DNA of 55,362 nucleotides, the filler included, from Sphacelaria rigidula (taxonomy: Eukaryota), in assembly GCA_964200075.2 (NCBI GenBank). It is 6 parts of 6 records of this genome, joined end to end, with 100 filler letters (N's around TTAATTAATTAA, not from the genome) between each part and the next. Parts side by side here need not be neighbours in the genome. Positions count along the whole stretch, not along the records: positions 1 to 9,144 come from CAXNAA020009191.1; positions 9,245 to 18,388 come from CAXNAA020009192.1; 4 more parts are not named here. One strand, given 5' to 3'. This document shows positions 1-11,139 of this stretch, piece after piece; the stretch's first letter is position 1; every line of letters starts with the position of its first letter. The translations under genes were made by a program, and so were the position numbers. The notes beneath the pieces were generated by a model, which was given only the letters and a program-made list of their open reading frames with translations, was not told where the DNA came from and made no database searches.

Positions 1-79
1 TCTTGAGTTTACATCAAGCTTTTTTTTCCCATTTCATTCTTGTTTTCTTCCGTGTCATGCTTTCCCCCCCCCCCCCCCC

Positions 80-390
80 ATAGTGAGACACCGATGTGGC
101 GGTGTGTAAGACGTGGCTGTCTCTGGAAGTGGCGATACCAGGAAATGAAAAAACACATTGTAGGCTGTCATCCAAATACAAGATAATCATTAGGCGTCGG
201 ACGGAAAAATCGTAGCGGGATGCAGCTCACCCGTCATGCGACTCGTCAAGCACACCACGGCGGTTCGCGCTCGGTCATTGATTGCGAGCCTGGTCCGGTG
301 AAAACCCAGCGTGCTCCGTCCCGGCTTTGTAGGGATGCGAAGCCAATGGCCATATGACCATGGCATGCAAGATTATGAGTACCCTCCCCT
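80..390 (+). repeat. Dispersed ~310-bp repeat family A, near full-length copy (class unresolved)
   Basis: Core gtgctccgtcccggctttgtagggatgcg...atgagtac plus a C-rich tract recurs at 18293, 19940, 26131, 26863, 51425 and 52436. The 5' part (t[a/g]gtgagacacc...gctgtcatcc) also matches 20390-20520 and 27030-27142 on the minus strand. Confidence 0.9.
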
Positions 391-799
391 CCTCCACCCC
401 ACCCGCCCCCCTCTCCTCGGGACGAGTGCGTGGTCTTCCCTGGTACGCGCCTTACATTTTGGTCTCGCAGATTGGATCAGCACTCTCGCACCACGTCGAC
501 TTCAGTAAAACAATGCATTTCTGCTACCCACGCCCTCACGTTTCCAAAGACGGAAATCAAATACTTTTCAGAGCAAAATAAAGTTCAATTTAACAGAAAT
601 CGAACCCGAATGCTTCCCATCTGATGGTCGCAATTGTACCAGTAGATTAGCGGGGGGAGGCGGCATGGACTGCAGGGTCGCTGTCAACGGTTTAATCGAC
701 CTTGCCCTTATCCCTTGTATGATCTGATCACAGGGGTTGTTGGAAAATTGCTAAAAAACATAAGAATATGCACAAGGACGTGAACGTTGTTCGACTATG

Positions 800-2430
800 A
801 GACTACCCTCCCTCACGCCTCTCTTCCCTAACCAGGCACCTGTGTCCGGTGAATGCGTAGACTGGAGGATGACGGGTGACTTTTTGGCTGGGGCGTCTTG
901 GGACCAGGTTTACGCGGCCAATGCCACGGTGAGAAAATCGTTCACTGCGTCGATGAACCGCACTAAAGGATCTCGAGCCCTCGCTTCGTTCTCGTCTGTT
1001 TGGCATCACATGTTTCTCCGCCATGGTGGCCAAGTCATAGAGCCGTCTGCGTGTTGCCTTATGGTCATTGCCCTTTATTTTGCAATCTTTGTCATTCGTT
1101 GGTGGGGGGAGCACCCTCGACATGGCATCACCATTGTCTCAATCTTGTTTGCTGTTGGCAGTTGTTGCTCAGATGTTTCACTGTCACACGTTTGGCGTAA
1201 TCGGTGGCCGCGATGAGACCCATCACGCGTGTGCATGTAAAATCGAGTTGAAGGAGGATGGATGTGGGAGTGCTGCGTGCATGCAAGAGAAACATTGACA
1301 CATCGAGGTTTGTCATTGTGATGGAAACTATTCGCTTCATACCTCCGTCAGTCTGGCTGACTAAGCGACTTTACTACTGAAGCACATGCGTATCTCTATG
1401 ATAAACACGAAGGCCTTGTCACGGTGGTACGTCCCGACCCGGTACTTTCATTTCGCTTACCGCCATCCATTACCCCTCAGCATAGTTTGATGTGAGTCAA
1501 TTTTCCTCTAAGGCAAAATTGTGTTCCAGGCCGACGTTCCCATCATCGCTTTTGCCGTGACTACGTGCGACTGGGCGCTGGAGGCGTTGTTAGGGCCGAC
1601 CTCCGCCGTGGGTGTTGTTTCACCGCGAAACGACCCTCGATCATGGGGACATTTGCAGTAGTTTACTTTTCCTCGTGCATGATATAATAAACGAAATTCC
1701 ACGAGCATCCAGGGATCAACGATCTCGAATCTTGTGGTAACTCATCTGAAATGATTCCATGGCACCATGTCGGCCGAAAAATGCACCCACTCTCTGCAGC
1801 GTAGTACATCCACCAGAACACAGCGTACGCCCTTTAGGTACGGAGGAATCACATCAACGCCGCTCGCATCCATCATCCACGATGTCCCTCATTGTTGTGC
1901 TATTGCGTCGATTGTACTGTTGGCACTGTCAAATAAATTGTTTATGGCCGAAACAAGATCATTGTATAGGTATGGCTCCAACTGGGAAAAGAGAGGCTCC
2001 GGCCAAAAGCGGATATATTGTTTTATCCAATACACCCTATTTCCGTTGCCTACGCTCGCTCTTCCTCGCCTTGGAGGCGTCGAAACAATCGACGATGGTC
2101 ACCCGCAATGCAAATAAATTGATTGCCCTCCCTCCTCCGTGGCGAAAAAAATGGCTGCCCGGCGCTACCATCACAGCGCACGATTATGAATCGAACTACT
2201 TGACAGTGTAAATACACCATATGTTGCTTTCCGTCGCGATGTTCGTTCAGAATAGTCGGAAGCTCTTCGCGGATGTTTAACTTGTCCCCAAGACTAGAAG
2301 CAACTGTAGCGGGAGCTGACGTATTATTCGGGTATGCTTCCGATGAATGTGCACTCCATGTGAATGCCTTCCTCACGAGATGCTCGAGATCTTTCTGGTG
2401 ATGCATGCCACGGAAAACCGTAGCCAAGCT
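800..2430 (-). pseudogene. Highly degenerate coding relic, possibly a MULE/FAR1-type transposase
   Basis: Protein-like fragments across frameshifts on the minus strand (IIVRCDGSAGQPFF; YLYNDLVSAINNLFDSA; VTTRFE; SWIM-like MCQCFSCMHAALP). There are many stops and the family call is tentative. Confidence 0.3.
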
Positions 2431-3408
2431 GAAGTCCTAGTTCCTCTGTCTCATAAGTTGGGGTACCTAAAATTGTACGGGCCCTCATCCGTGTCCGATC
2501 TGTTTTTCGATTTTTTTTCGTTGAAACCTTCGGTGTTTATCGAGTAAAATGCACGTTTTGTCTTGTCTTTCAGGCAGTGCTCGAACCATGCGGCCGAACT
2601 GCCGAAAAAAAAACAGTCGGCACAAAATGGCCGTATTTCACGCCTTTCCTACGGGACCGCATGGCCATCGCAATCTCTACCGCCATTGCGTAGCGGGCAC
2701 CAACCGATATATCGGCGCCCCGTTTGCGAGGTGGGGGTGTGCTGGGGGGCGAGGTCATCGCTAGAATGGTGTAGTGGACTGGTGGGGCACTAAAATCGAA
2801 CGCTTTGAGAATTTTTCGAGAATTCTCAACAACATTCTCACAAAACATTCTCCAAACTACTCCCAAAATAGGCCAAAATAGGGTATATTTTAACCCATTT
2901 TAGGTGAAGGAATAGAACCCCGTTTTTTCCTACTGTAGCTTCGTCTGCGTTTTATCTCTCTGCCGAACCCGACTTTACTATCCTCACTAACACGGTTGTA
3001 CCCAGACAACCTATTGCCCATAGGTACCCTAACGTATGAGACAGAGGGGGTATGGTATTGCGCTGTGTTGAGAGACCACAACGAAGCTCACGCCTGCGTC
3101 ACTATCCAAAATGCTCGGTATAGATGTGTCGGCGGTCTTACCGACCTAAACGTTGGCAAAGCCCAACCTCAGTCACAAGGAATACGTACCCGCTCAGCGT
3201 GGTTAGATGAGATACTTCCCTCGTTCTCCGTGATGCTATGCGTCCCGAGATGGATACAGGTACCTTCCTTGACCTCTTTTGTCATTCGTTGACGGTATTG
3301 CCCCCGAAGGTGCTCCCTTGTGGTGAATCAAAGCCGTCCACGTCGATCAGACTTCTCAATCGCCGCAGGGATACCTTCGGCCTTGGCACCTGATGGACGA
3401 AACGACAG

Positions 3409-3537
3409 GTGGTGGTGATTCAAGCGCACAACGGAAATCCAATGACCTTTCTGGAGCAGAACACAGACCTGGTGGTTGCGGAGCAGTTGGCGCGGCTGAA
3501 AGCTGAGTTTGGTGCTGATGCCTTCAGAATGTGCGCG
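3409..3537 (+). CDS. Isolated exon-like segment of unknown product (may be a relic)
   Basis: cag|GTGGTG...TGCGCG|gtaagt; 129 bp open frame VVVIQAHNGNPMTFLEQNTDLVVAEQLARLKAEFGADAFRMCA. No partner exons identified. Confidence 0.35.
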
Positions 3538-4299
3538 GTAAGTTGTTTATTGCTCCTCCTTACGATAAGTATGTACTAGACGTGTTGGAAACTTAAACGC
3601 CGATAAATGAGCTCCCTCCGGTGCGCCCCAAAGTTAAATATTTTGATCGCGTCCACAACTCACACTGAGATGCATACATGGTCCTCTCCCTGTCTCGAGA
3701 TTGGTGAAATTGAGTTGATACAATCGGGACCCTGTCGAGCTCATTTGTGTTTGGGTCAGCCATTTTCGATGTGCAGACAACTTGCCACGATGTCCTCCTT
3801 GAGTTGAAGGAGATCGAAACACGATGTGTATGCGACGGCTCAACGAGACTTGGTCCGGACGAGAGACCAATCTTGAAAGTGGGTCTTTCACGACGAAATA
3901 CTCAGTTTGTTCAGACTCTTGTACCCACTTCGCCAACTCCGTATTGATTTACGTGGCGAGGGCCTAACTTATCTGGCACGCACCACGCCCAGTACAGACG
4001 CTATATTGTCTGCACTGTACGGTACGGTAGGGAACGGCACGGTATGGCACGATGCGGTACGCTACAGTACACCACCTCTTCTCCGCTCGTCTGTTACCCA
4101 GCGTGCATACAGCTTTGCTGAACACAACGGGCGATTCGCTGTGCGATTGTTGCGGTGTGAACTTAGCAAACCGAACCTGCGTTTTTGCCCGTCCTTTGCT
4201 GACGACACGTGTAGCTATCGAATTTGAGGGGTGTCCTGGCTAGGCCGCACTAGATGTCATCGTCGGTATATTATCATCAATTCTCCATTTCAGATACAC

Positions 4300-5090
4300 A
4301 TTGCGGCGCACATGCGATGATTGGGGGTTGAGGTCGTGTTTGGACTGCCAAGAGTGGAGCACCCCGTGATTGAAACTTTGAATTACTTCATCCCTGGTTC
4401 CTTAATCTTTGAACCCCATCCGGCAACAGCCCATCAACCAACCCAACAAATCTCTCAAGGTACTTGAACAACAAAGTAATCTCATAGCTGTCTCTCAATC
4501 CGCCGTCATGACGTTTGTCAAGATATAATCAAAGAAATGGCAACCTGGAAACATACTTGGATTTGTTGACAAGCGACATGCACGAAAGCTGCATGACAGT
4601 TTTGACTCGACTTCGGTTTGCTTCACACGGGTGATGAAGTTGTGGTTGATATGCACGCTGATGCCAGAAGTTGGTGCGCACACACATCTTCTCAGCTTTT
4701 GAGCTTTGATTCGTGCGCTCATTTTAGGAAACTCTCGACCGTGTTTTTCTTTCCCGAACCCCCTGGCATTTTCCCTCCATGCTCGGCTAATGGCTCGGCA
4801 CTAGGCCCAAGAGCTCGGACCTGGTGCTGTCTCAAATATCGATGGTCAATTTCACACGTATTTTGAATAAATTTCAAGTGATGGGGCCTCGGCGCATTAT
4901 CTCGAAGTGCTTTTCGCTAGCAATGGTGAACTGTTGCGAAAGTTCACGTTTCAACACAACATGGGCCTCAAATCCAATGCAAAGAGTATGCGCTGTAATC
5001 ACCACGAATGCGATCATTTTCGTGGTTCTTGTCGGCTCGGGACTGCTACGTCCTGGCCGTCAGGATGAGCCCTCGATAGTTGCAGTGTAG
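4300..5090 (-). pseudogene. Degenerate coding relic, possibly a Mutator-like transposase
   Basis: Minus-strand fragments RAISRAWRENA, FFDYILTNVMTAD and EVIQSFNHGVLHSW loosely recall MULE motifs (H..RAW..N; YF..NW; ES.N..LK). Flanked by actgt/cagta-rich tracts like the clearer MULE at 13-15.7 kb. Confidence 0.25.
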
Positions 5091-5397
5091 CAGAAGCACT
5101 TGGGCTGTGACCCCGTGAGAAAATGGGTCTCATGAATCAATTCTCGGATTAACACTATCGATCCGTGTTCAGGAGGAGCAAACAGCAGAGAAATGAGTCT
5201 ATTTGTCTCAGGTGGTATAAAAGCACTGCATCATTGATTCGTGACAGCAACTTCTCAAAAGGGTGAACCTAGTGGTCAGCGCATGTTGTAATCTATTGTG
5301 TGTGAGTCTCGAAAATGAGCGAGGTGTCACCGGTTGGAGAACAAAAACGTTGACGGTTTTACCTTTTGGCAGTACGCGGCTGAGTGGAGCACATGGA

Positions 5398-5444
5398 CTG
5401 CAATGTGCTGACTGCAATGTGCTGACTGCAATGTGCTGACTGCA
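5398..5444. repeat. 14-bp tandem repeat (ctgcaatgtgctga)x3.3
   Basis: Perfect tandem copies visible directly. Confidence 0.9.
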
Positions 5445-7457
5445 CTGCTGCCGCTGTGTTCTGGCTATGATGCACATGAGTAGGCCAACAAGTGTCAACA
5501 ACGACACGTATGCTACACTACACTACAGTACGCGCCCTCTACAGTTACGCCTTTTGACTCAAGGGTGACGTTTGTAGTACGTGCCGATGTCTTCTCGTTT
5601 CCGCGCGAACACTGCTCTTCGCGATTACCACGCGATGCCAAACCTCAACGACCAGGTGATGTTATTGTCTGTTGCCATCCCAACGATTTTTCAAACCTTC
5701 TTTATACCTTAATGCACCTTGTTTTAATCGTTTCCTCCCTGTAATAGCCACGTGCCATTTCCAACCTGATGGACCTTTCACCGTATCAAGTTCTAGGAAG
5801 TTCGTCGTTATCGTTATGTGGCTGGTGGTTCAGCGTTTCGTGTAGATGTCTGAGCAAAGGTTTGGGACTTCTAGCGACTCAAGATCAAGACTTGTGGACA
5901 AAATATGCACATGAGCTACACATGGAACAGCGACTCAGACATGAAAAAGATCTGAGTAAGTGCGGTGGAAGCACCACAATGCGAGCCTTCATAAAGTGCG
6001 GTGGGGTGAATCCCAGCATATGCCCTCCGCGGTTCACCGTACTTCGTTTAGATACCAAGTATGCCCAAGGGTTGTACGGATTCAGTCACTGCTATTGTTG
6101 TGCTGTGCAAGAACCACGCAACCTAGATCATCGAATTAGGCGGCTTGTGGGTGAGGTGTAGATACCTGTGTGTTGTAACTGAATGTATGCCTATGGTATG
6201 TTCTGCGCTCTTCAGCTTTTCCCGATATGCTACGGCATTATTGTTCTCAACCTCAACCGCTAAAAAATAGCGGTATCGCAAGGGTAATGGGATGTTCTTG
6301 ATTGAAGCCCCCGAAATGTTTGCATTCCACGCGATCAGTGGCGGTATGAGGAGACTGTGGAACGGGTCCTCTGGAAAGATCAATTCGGCATGAGTGAACG
6401 TGATTTATTTCGTAGGCTCAACCGGAGTGTGGACTTCGTATGTGCATTGTACAAGAATCAGAATAAGCCTGGACGTTTGGCCCACCTTCGTAGGCCGGAA
6501 TTCTTATGGGTGTTCAGAATATATCTGTGTCTTCCGCCTTGCGGAATCAAAGCTCAAATAGACCAATGGGGTATTACACGGCTTTGGTCGGTGACACCCC
6601 GCAGCGTAAGTTCTGATACTGTCTGTAAGGGGACGTTGCTTGCCAGGGAGCTTGAATGGGTCCTTCGCAGAACCAACAGTTTGTGCCAGAGGAGCTTCAC
6701 ACCGAGCTGTCGCGCGAGTTCGCGCTTAAAGGTTGAGCCCAGTACCCAACATAATGAACGGATACTAAAGGGTGCTTGTTAGCTACGGTGCGTCAAGCTT
6801 CTATCCATGACCGGGCTAAGTTTTATGACAAAGCTGGCAGGCTCCGTTGCAGCCTCCCCACCGGTTTGATGTCGTATCCTCTACACTCGTCATTTTAGTC
6901 GATGAGTTTCGACTAACAAATAAAACGGGCTATGCTGACAGCCACTGTTCCAACCCACGTAGCGCCCTGGCGTCTCCGAACCTGTGGCTTCAAGACCTAC
7001 TTATGGCATCAGCCAAGATATACTCGAAGTTTCAGGTTCATCAGACTCGAGGTGCACCTTGTCTCGATGCATTATTCTCGTATGAAACACATATATATAT
7101 ATATATATGTTGGTTCTAGACGAATATGGTGAACCCTGCGGTTTTAGGAACAAAAAGGGGTAACGCACTTTTCAGTTAGGGGCGTAGCGCTTCACGCCGG
7201 CTGAGGACCTCCATCACACGTTTCAGCACCTCAGCCCCACGTCCAACGTGCTTGGGCAATATATGCCCCAACCTTTTCTTCCGCACATGGCAGGACGCTT
7301 ACTTAGGGCGCGAAGTTGGCGAGCTTGTTAGAGCACCCTATTGTGTCAACATACAGGCAGGATACAATCAGGTTTCATATAGAAAAAAAAAACGTTTTTG
7401 TTCGATGTTGACCCTGCCGCGGGCTCCGCAGATGATACGCCGAACCGTCCTAAACAT

Positions 7458-8797
7458 ACCCTATTTTGCTAAATCAAACGTTGCCGAAAACGCCGAAACT
7501 TTCAGCGATCAAGACATTGTAGTTTGCTGCTGGTTGCCTCTCACACCCGCAATATCAGACGATGTGTGCACGGCGCAAACGCTTGTGTGCGGGGAATCAC
7601 GAAGATCCAAAGATGACTGAAAAACCTTCCTGGCACAAATACGCCGACACGTCATCATGTGGCGTTTTTAAATGGAGGATTAGAGCGTAGCCGTATCTGC
7701 GGTTTGTGGGTCGGGACGAATCGTCTGCGACCGGATTGCGGTAGAGTACGAATCGGATTACGCATCATCGGGTGTACTGGTGGAAGAGAGAAATGCAAAT
7801 ATTTCATATTCTCGAGAGGAGCGAAACATCACGTTGTCACATCGTAGTGGAACGATGTCAGTGCCATTTACGAACGACGTTATGCAGCAGCGCGGCAGCA
7901 CCGCTGGTCCGTCATCAAACCGCATATCATTCATCCCGTTCAAACCCCCCACGAAAAGGAAGATGGACGGGTGGCCGCTGGTACACGTCATCCGCATTCT
8001 AGGGCATCTCTAAGTTATTATGGCACGTTATGGATGGGATCAAAGATGCGCGCTGAGAATAAAACCGAGTTATGATTGCATGCGTTGTCGCGTCGTGTAA
8101 CCACTGTACACCCACTGTACACCCACTGTACACCCAACTATATCGTGGGACATGTGGTTCGCTATCCCGTTCACGCTGTTGTACGAATGAGCGATGCCGC
8201 GGTAGCCCCCCGCCCGAAACCAAAACTGTCACGAAGAAAATGGTCATAGAGTGCTTGATAGCTAGTTCAAAACTGCGTGAAGCGCGTCACATGGGCGACA
8301 ACGACCCCAAGCATGAGCTTTCCCTGCTGCTCGGTATGCTCGGCTTTTGTCACTTTGATTCGCATGTAGATTTCGCCCCCTCAAACCAGCCACGTTTCTG
8401 TGGGGGGACAATCGCGGCATCACTCGCATGCTACTCACCTTGTGCTTTGCTCCTCTGGAGAACGTGAAATATTTGGGTTACACTTCCTCAGCAGTACATA
8501 CGAGTATGGGTAATCCCATTCGTACTCTACTGCAATCCAGCCGCTAACCATTCGTCTTGGCCCGCGAACCGTAGATCCGGCGACGCTCTGATCCTCCACA
8601 TGATGACGTGCGGGCGTTTGTGTGCCGGCAAACGAATTGCACATCTTTGGATCTGTGTGATCTCCCGCTCATGAGCGCTTGCGCCCTGCACATACAGGTG
8701 AATGTGTTGGGCGTGAGAGGCAACCAGCAGCACGCCAAAATATCTGTCATTGGGCTTCTTGACCTTTTCGGCAGGGCGTAATTTGACAAAGTAGGGT
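7458..8797. mobile_element. Old long-inverted-repeat element (arms ~7458-7830 and ~8442-8797)
   Basis: Arms are colinear reverse complements, e.g. tgctgctggttgcctctcacaccc / gggcgtgagaggcaaccagcagca and gtagagtacgaat / attcgtactctac. About 610 bp spacer, no TSD seen. Confidence 0.75.
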
Positions 8798-9144
8798 CCT
8801 CCTCGTTACCGTCAGGTTGTCCTTTTTTGTTGTTGTTCTTGTTCTTGTTCTTCTTCTTCTTCTCGTCTTCTTTGGATCTTCCTATCTAGCGTTTTTCAGT
8901 CCCCGGTGTGCAGGCTCTGTGGAGCATCTGTTTGAACAGCACTACAGACAGTATATCTATCTTGGGATTGGTCTCTGTTCTACGCGACAGTTTCGATTAT
9001 CCGCTCACTTGCTGTTACTACTTTGTGTATACACCAGTACGTGACAATGTAGTCGGAGAGGTCACACGCAGGAACTGATTCCAGTACAAGCAGGTCTCCT
9101 GTAGTTCAATCGATCTCATACAGATATTTCGTAGTGTGGGTGCC

Positions 9145-9244
9145 NNNNNNNNNNNNNNNNNNNNNNNNNNNNNNNNNNNNNNNNNNNNTTAATTAATTAA
9201 NNNNNNNNNNNNNNNNNNNNNNNNNNNNNNNNNNNNNNNNNNNN
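9145..9244. other. Artificial linker 44N-TTAATTAATTAA-44N
   Basis: Six-frame stop spacer inside an N run. Confidence 0.98.
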
Positions 9245-9311
9245 TTGTCGTTACCAGTGGTGGGGGCGGCGGCGTTCGGCTCGCGCGGCTCAGGGCAGGC
9301 CAAGGGGGCCT

Positions 9312-10385
9312 CAGATACTCTATCCAAAAATTGGGCAGGTTGGGTACGACCTCATACGTTCTAACCAGTTTTGACCGGTCTCCCCGGTGGCTCAGTTGGT
9401 AACCTCGAAATCTTCTGATTGTTGGGTTGTGGGTTCAATTCTCGGAGCGATCTGGGAATTTTTCTCACACAATGCCCGACAATGGAGAGTGACTACGTCG
9501 TGGGTACACAAAAATTCGACTTGACGATCGATGAGGGAAAGGGATTACTGAACCCCGAGACTTTAAAAAGAAACATGAGCACCGCAGAAGGAAGGTAGGG
9601 TACTAAAGACAAAGAAAAAAATAAAATGCTCCTGTGTTGGTCTCCCTCCTGTGTGACCCCGGCTGGTGCGCCCGCATACACCGAAAGGTGTAAAGCGGCA
9701 CCCAGAATAGATGGGACGACAACACACAACACAAATTTTTGGGTAAGTACTCTCAGCAATAGCCGGGTGTGGAGTATCACTTCGGTACAACGCAAATACT
9801 CTACAGAAAAAATTGGGTATTTTCGGTACGATCTTCAACACTTTACCCAAAATTTGGGTAGATTGTGTACGACCGCGAATGGTCTACCCAAACTTTTGGT
9901 AGATTGAGTACAACTTCAAATACTCTACCCGAAAATTGGGTAGATTGGGTACAACCTCGAATACCCAAAATTCGGGTAGATAGGGTACGACGTCGAATTA
10001 TCAACCCAATTCCGGGTAAGTACTCTCAGCAATACCCAGGTATAGAGTATCATTCGGATGTGAACTCAACACTTTACCCACATTCGGGTAATTTGGGTAC
10101 GGCCTCGTATACTCTAATCAAATTTTGGGTAGATTGTGTACGACCGCGAATAGTCTACCCAAATTGTGGGTATGTACTCTCAGCAATACCCGGGTGCAGA
10201 ATTTCACTTGGGTATGGCCTCAATACTCTACCCAAAAAATTGGGTGATTCGGGTACGATATCCAATACTCTACTCAAATTTGGGTATATGGGGTCCGACT
10301 TCAACGCTCGACACAATGTTTCGGGTACATCGAGTGCGACATTTCAAAGTACCCGACTATCAGGTATACTCTGCCCGACACTCCC
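9312..10385. repeat. Degenerate ~37-bp minisatellite array with a palindromic core, interrupted by a SINE
   Basis: Unit approximately ctacccaaaatttgggtagattgggtacgacctcaaatact. A variant module gggta(a/t)gtactctcagcaata recurs at ~9741, ~10015 and ~10168. The first units at 9312-9373 lie left of the SINE. Confidence 0.85.
9376..9735 (+). mobile_element. tRNA-derived SINE
   Basis: Pol III A box tggctcagttgg (9388-9399) and B box ggttcaattct (9432-9442), ~300-bp body and an (AC)-rich tail acaacacacaacacaaa. The body matches 36678-36876 on the minus strand. Confidence 0.8.
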
Positions 10386-10387
10386 TT

Positions 10388-10833
10388 GAACACGGGATCT
10401 CACAAACTTGGGATGGATCTTTTATTGGGGATGAGAAACCCGGAGAATTAAAATCTTCGTATCCACACCAAATCTTCGAAATATGGTTCCATTTCTTCAC
10501 CTACTGGTTGCTATTGCAAACTGCTACACGCCATGAAAATTTGGCTTTCGATCACCAAAATGGAAGGGTCCTAGGTGAAAAACCAATTTCGGAACCATTT
10601 TGGCGTCCGTTCGGACACCCGGACTTCCCCCAAATTGGTTCTTCACCTTGGACCCCAACATTTCGGTGATAGAAATCCAAATTTCTATGGCGTGTAGCAG
10701 TTGTCAACAACTATCAGTAGGTAAAGTACTGGCACCATATTTCGAAGATTTGGTGTGAATACAAAGATTTTAAGTCTCCGGGTTTCTCATCCCCATTAAA
10801 TGATCCATCCCCAATTTGTAAGATCCCGTGTTC
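10388..10833. mobile_element. Foldback/MITE-like long palindrome
   Basis: gaacacgggatct...agatcccgtgttc termini. The ~205-bp arms pair along their length (e.g. ccaaatcttcgaaatatgg / ccatatttcgaagatttgg) around a ~35-bp loop. Confidence 0.9.
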
Positions 10834-10899
10834 TTGCAAGGTTTGACTTCCTCAGTAACAAATGAAGCGGGGTGAAGGCTCAATATTATCGACAATATT

Positions 10900-11139
10900 T
10901 TTTCTGAAATCTCCGAATTTTTGGGGACTAGCGAAGTACGTGATGACTCTCGAATACGTGCGAGCGCCACGGCGTACACACAGGGCAGCTCTCCGAAGTG
11001 CTAGGTTGAAGTTAGAGTTTTGCGGACATCTCAAAAAATGAAGCTCCGGAGAAAAAAATCAAGCTGCTTCGTTTCCGGAGAAGTCTGAACACAGAGTCCG
11101 AAAAGTCCGAGAAATTCCGACATCTCCGAAAAAACAGTG
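10900..11139. mobile_element. Single end of a CACTA/EnSpm-like (CACTG) DNA transposon
   Basis: Ends ...tctccgaaaaaacagtg (reverse complement CACTGttttttcggaga) with many tccga/tccgg subterminal repeats. The partner end was not found. Confidence 0.45.

Noticed and set aside
311-508. Small protein family 'LRPGFVGMR' seen in several ORFs
   Set aside because: These are translations of repeat family A. Frames, starts and stops differ between copies.
5769-6900. Protein-coding gene in piece 1
   Set aside because: Protein-like fragments are broken by stops, with no recognisable domain or consistent splice sites.
9381-9452. Functional tRNA gene
   Set aside because: The A and B boxes are present, but I could not form a clean cloverleaf and the sequence runs into a multicopy body, so it is a SINE head.
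9737-10385. CRISPR-like array
   Set aside because: The intervening segments are homologous to each other, the repeats are degenerate, there are no cas genes and the context is eukaryotic.
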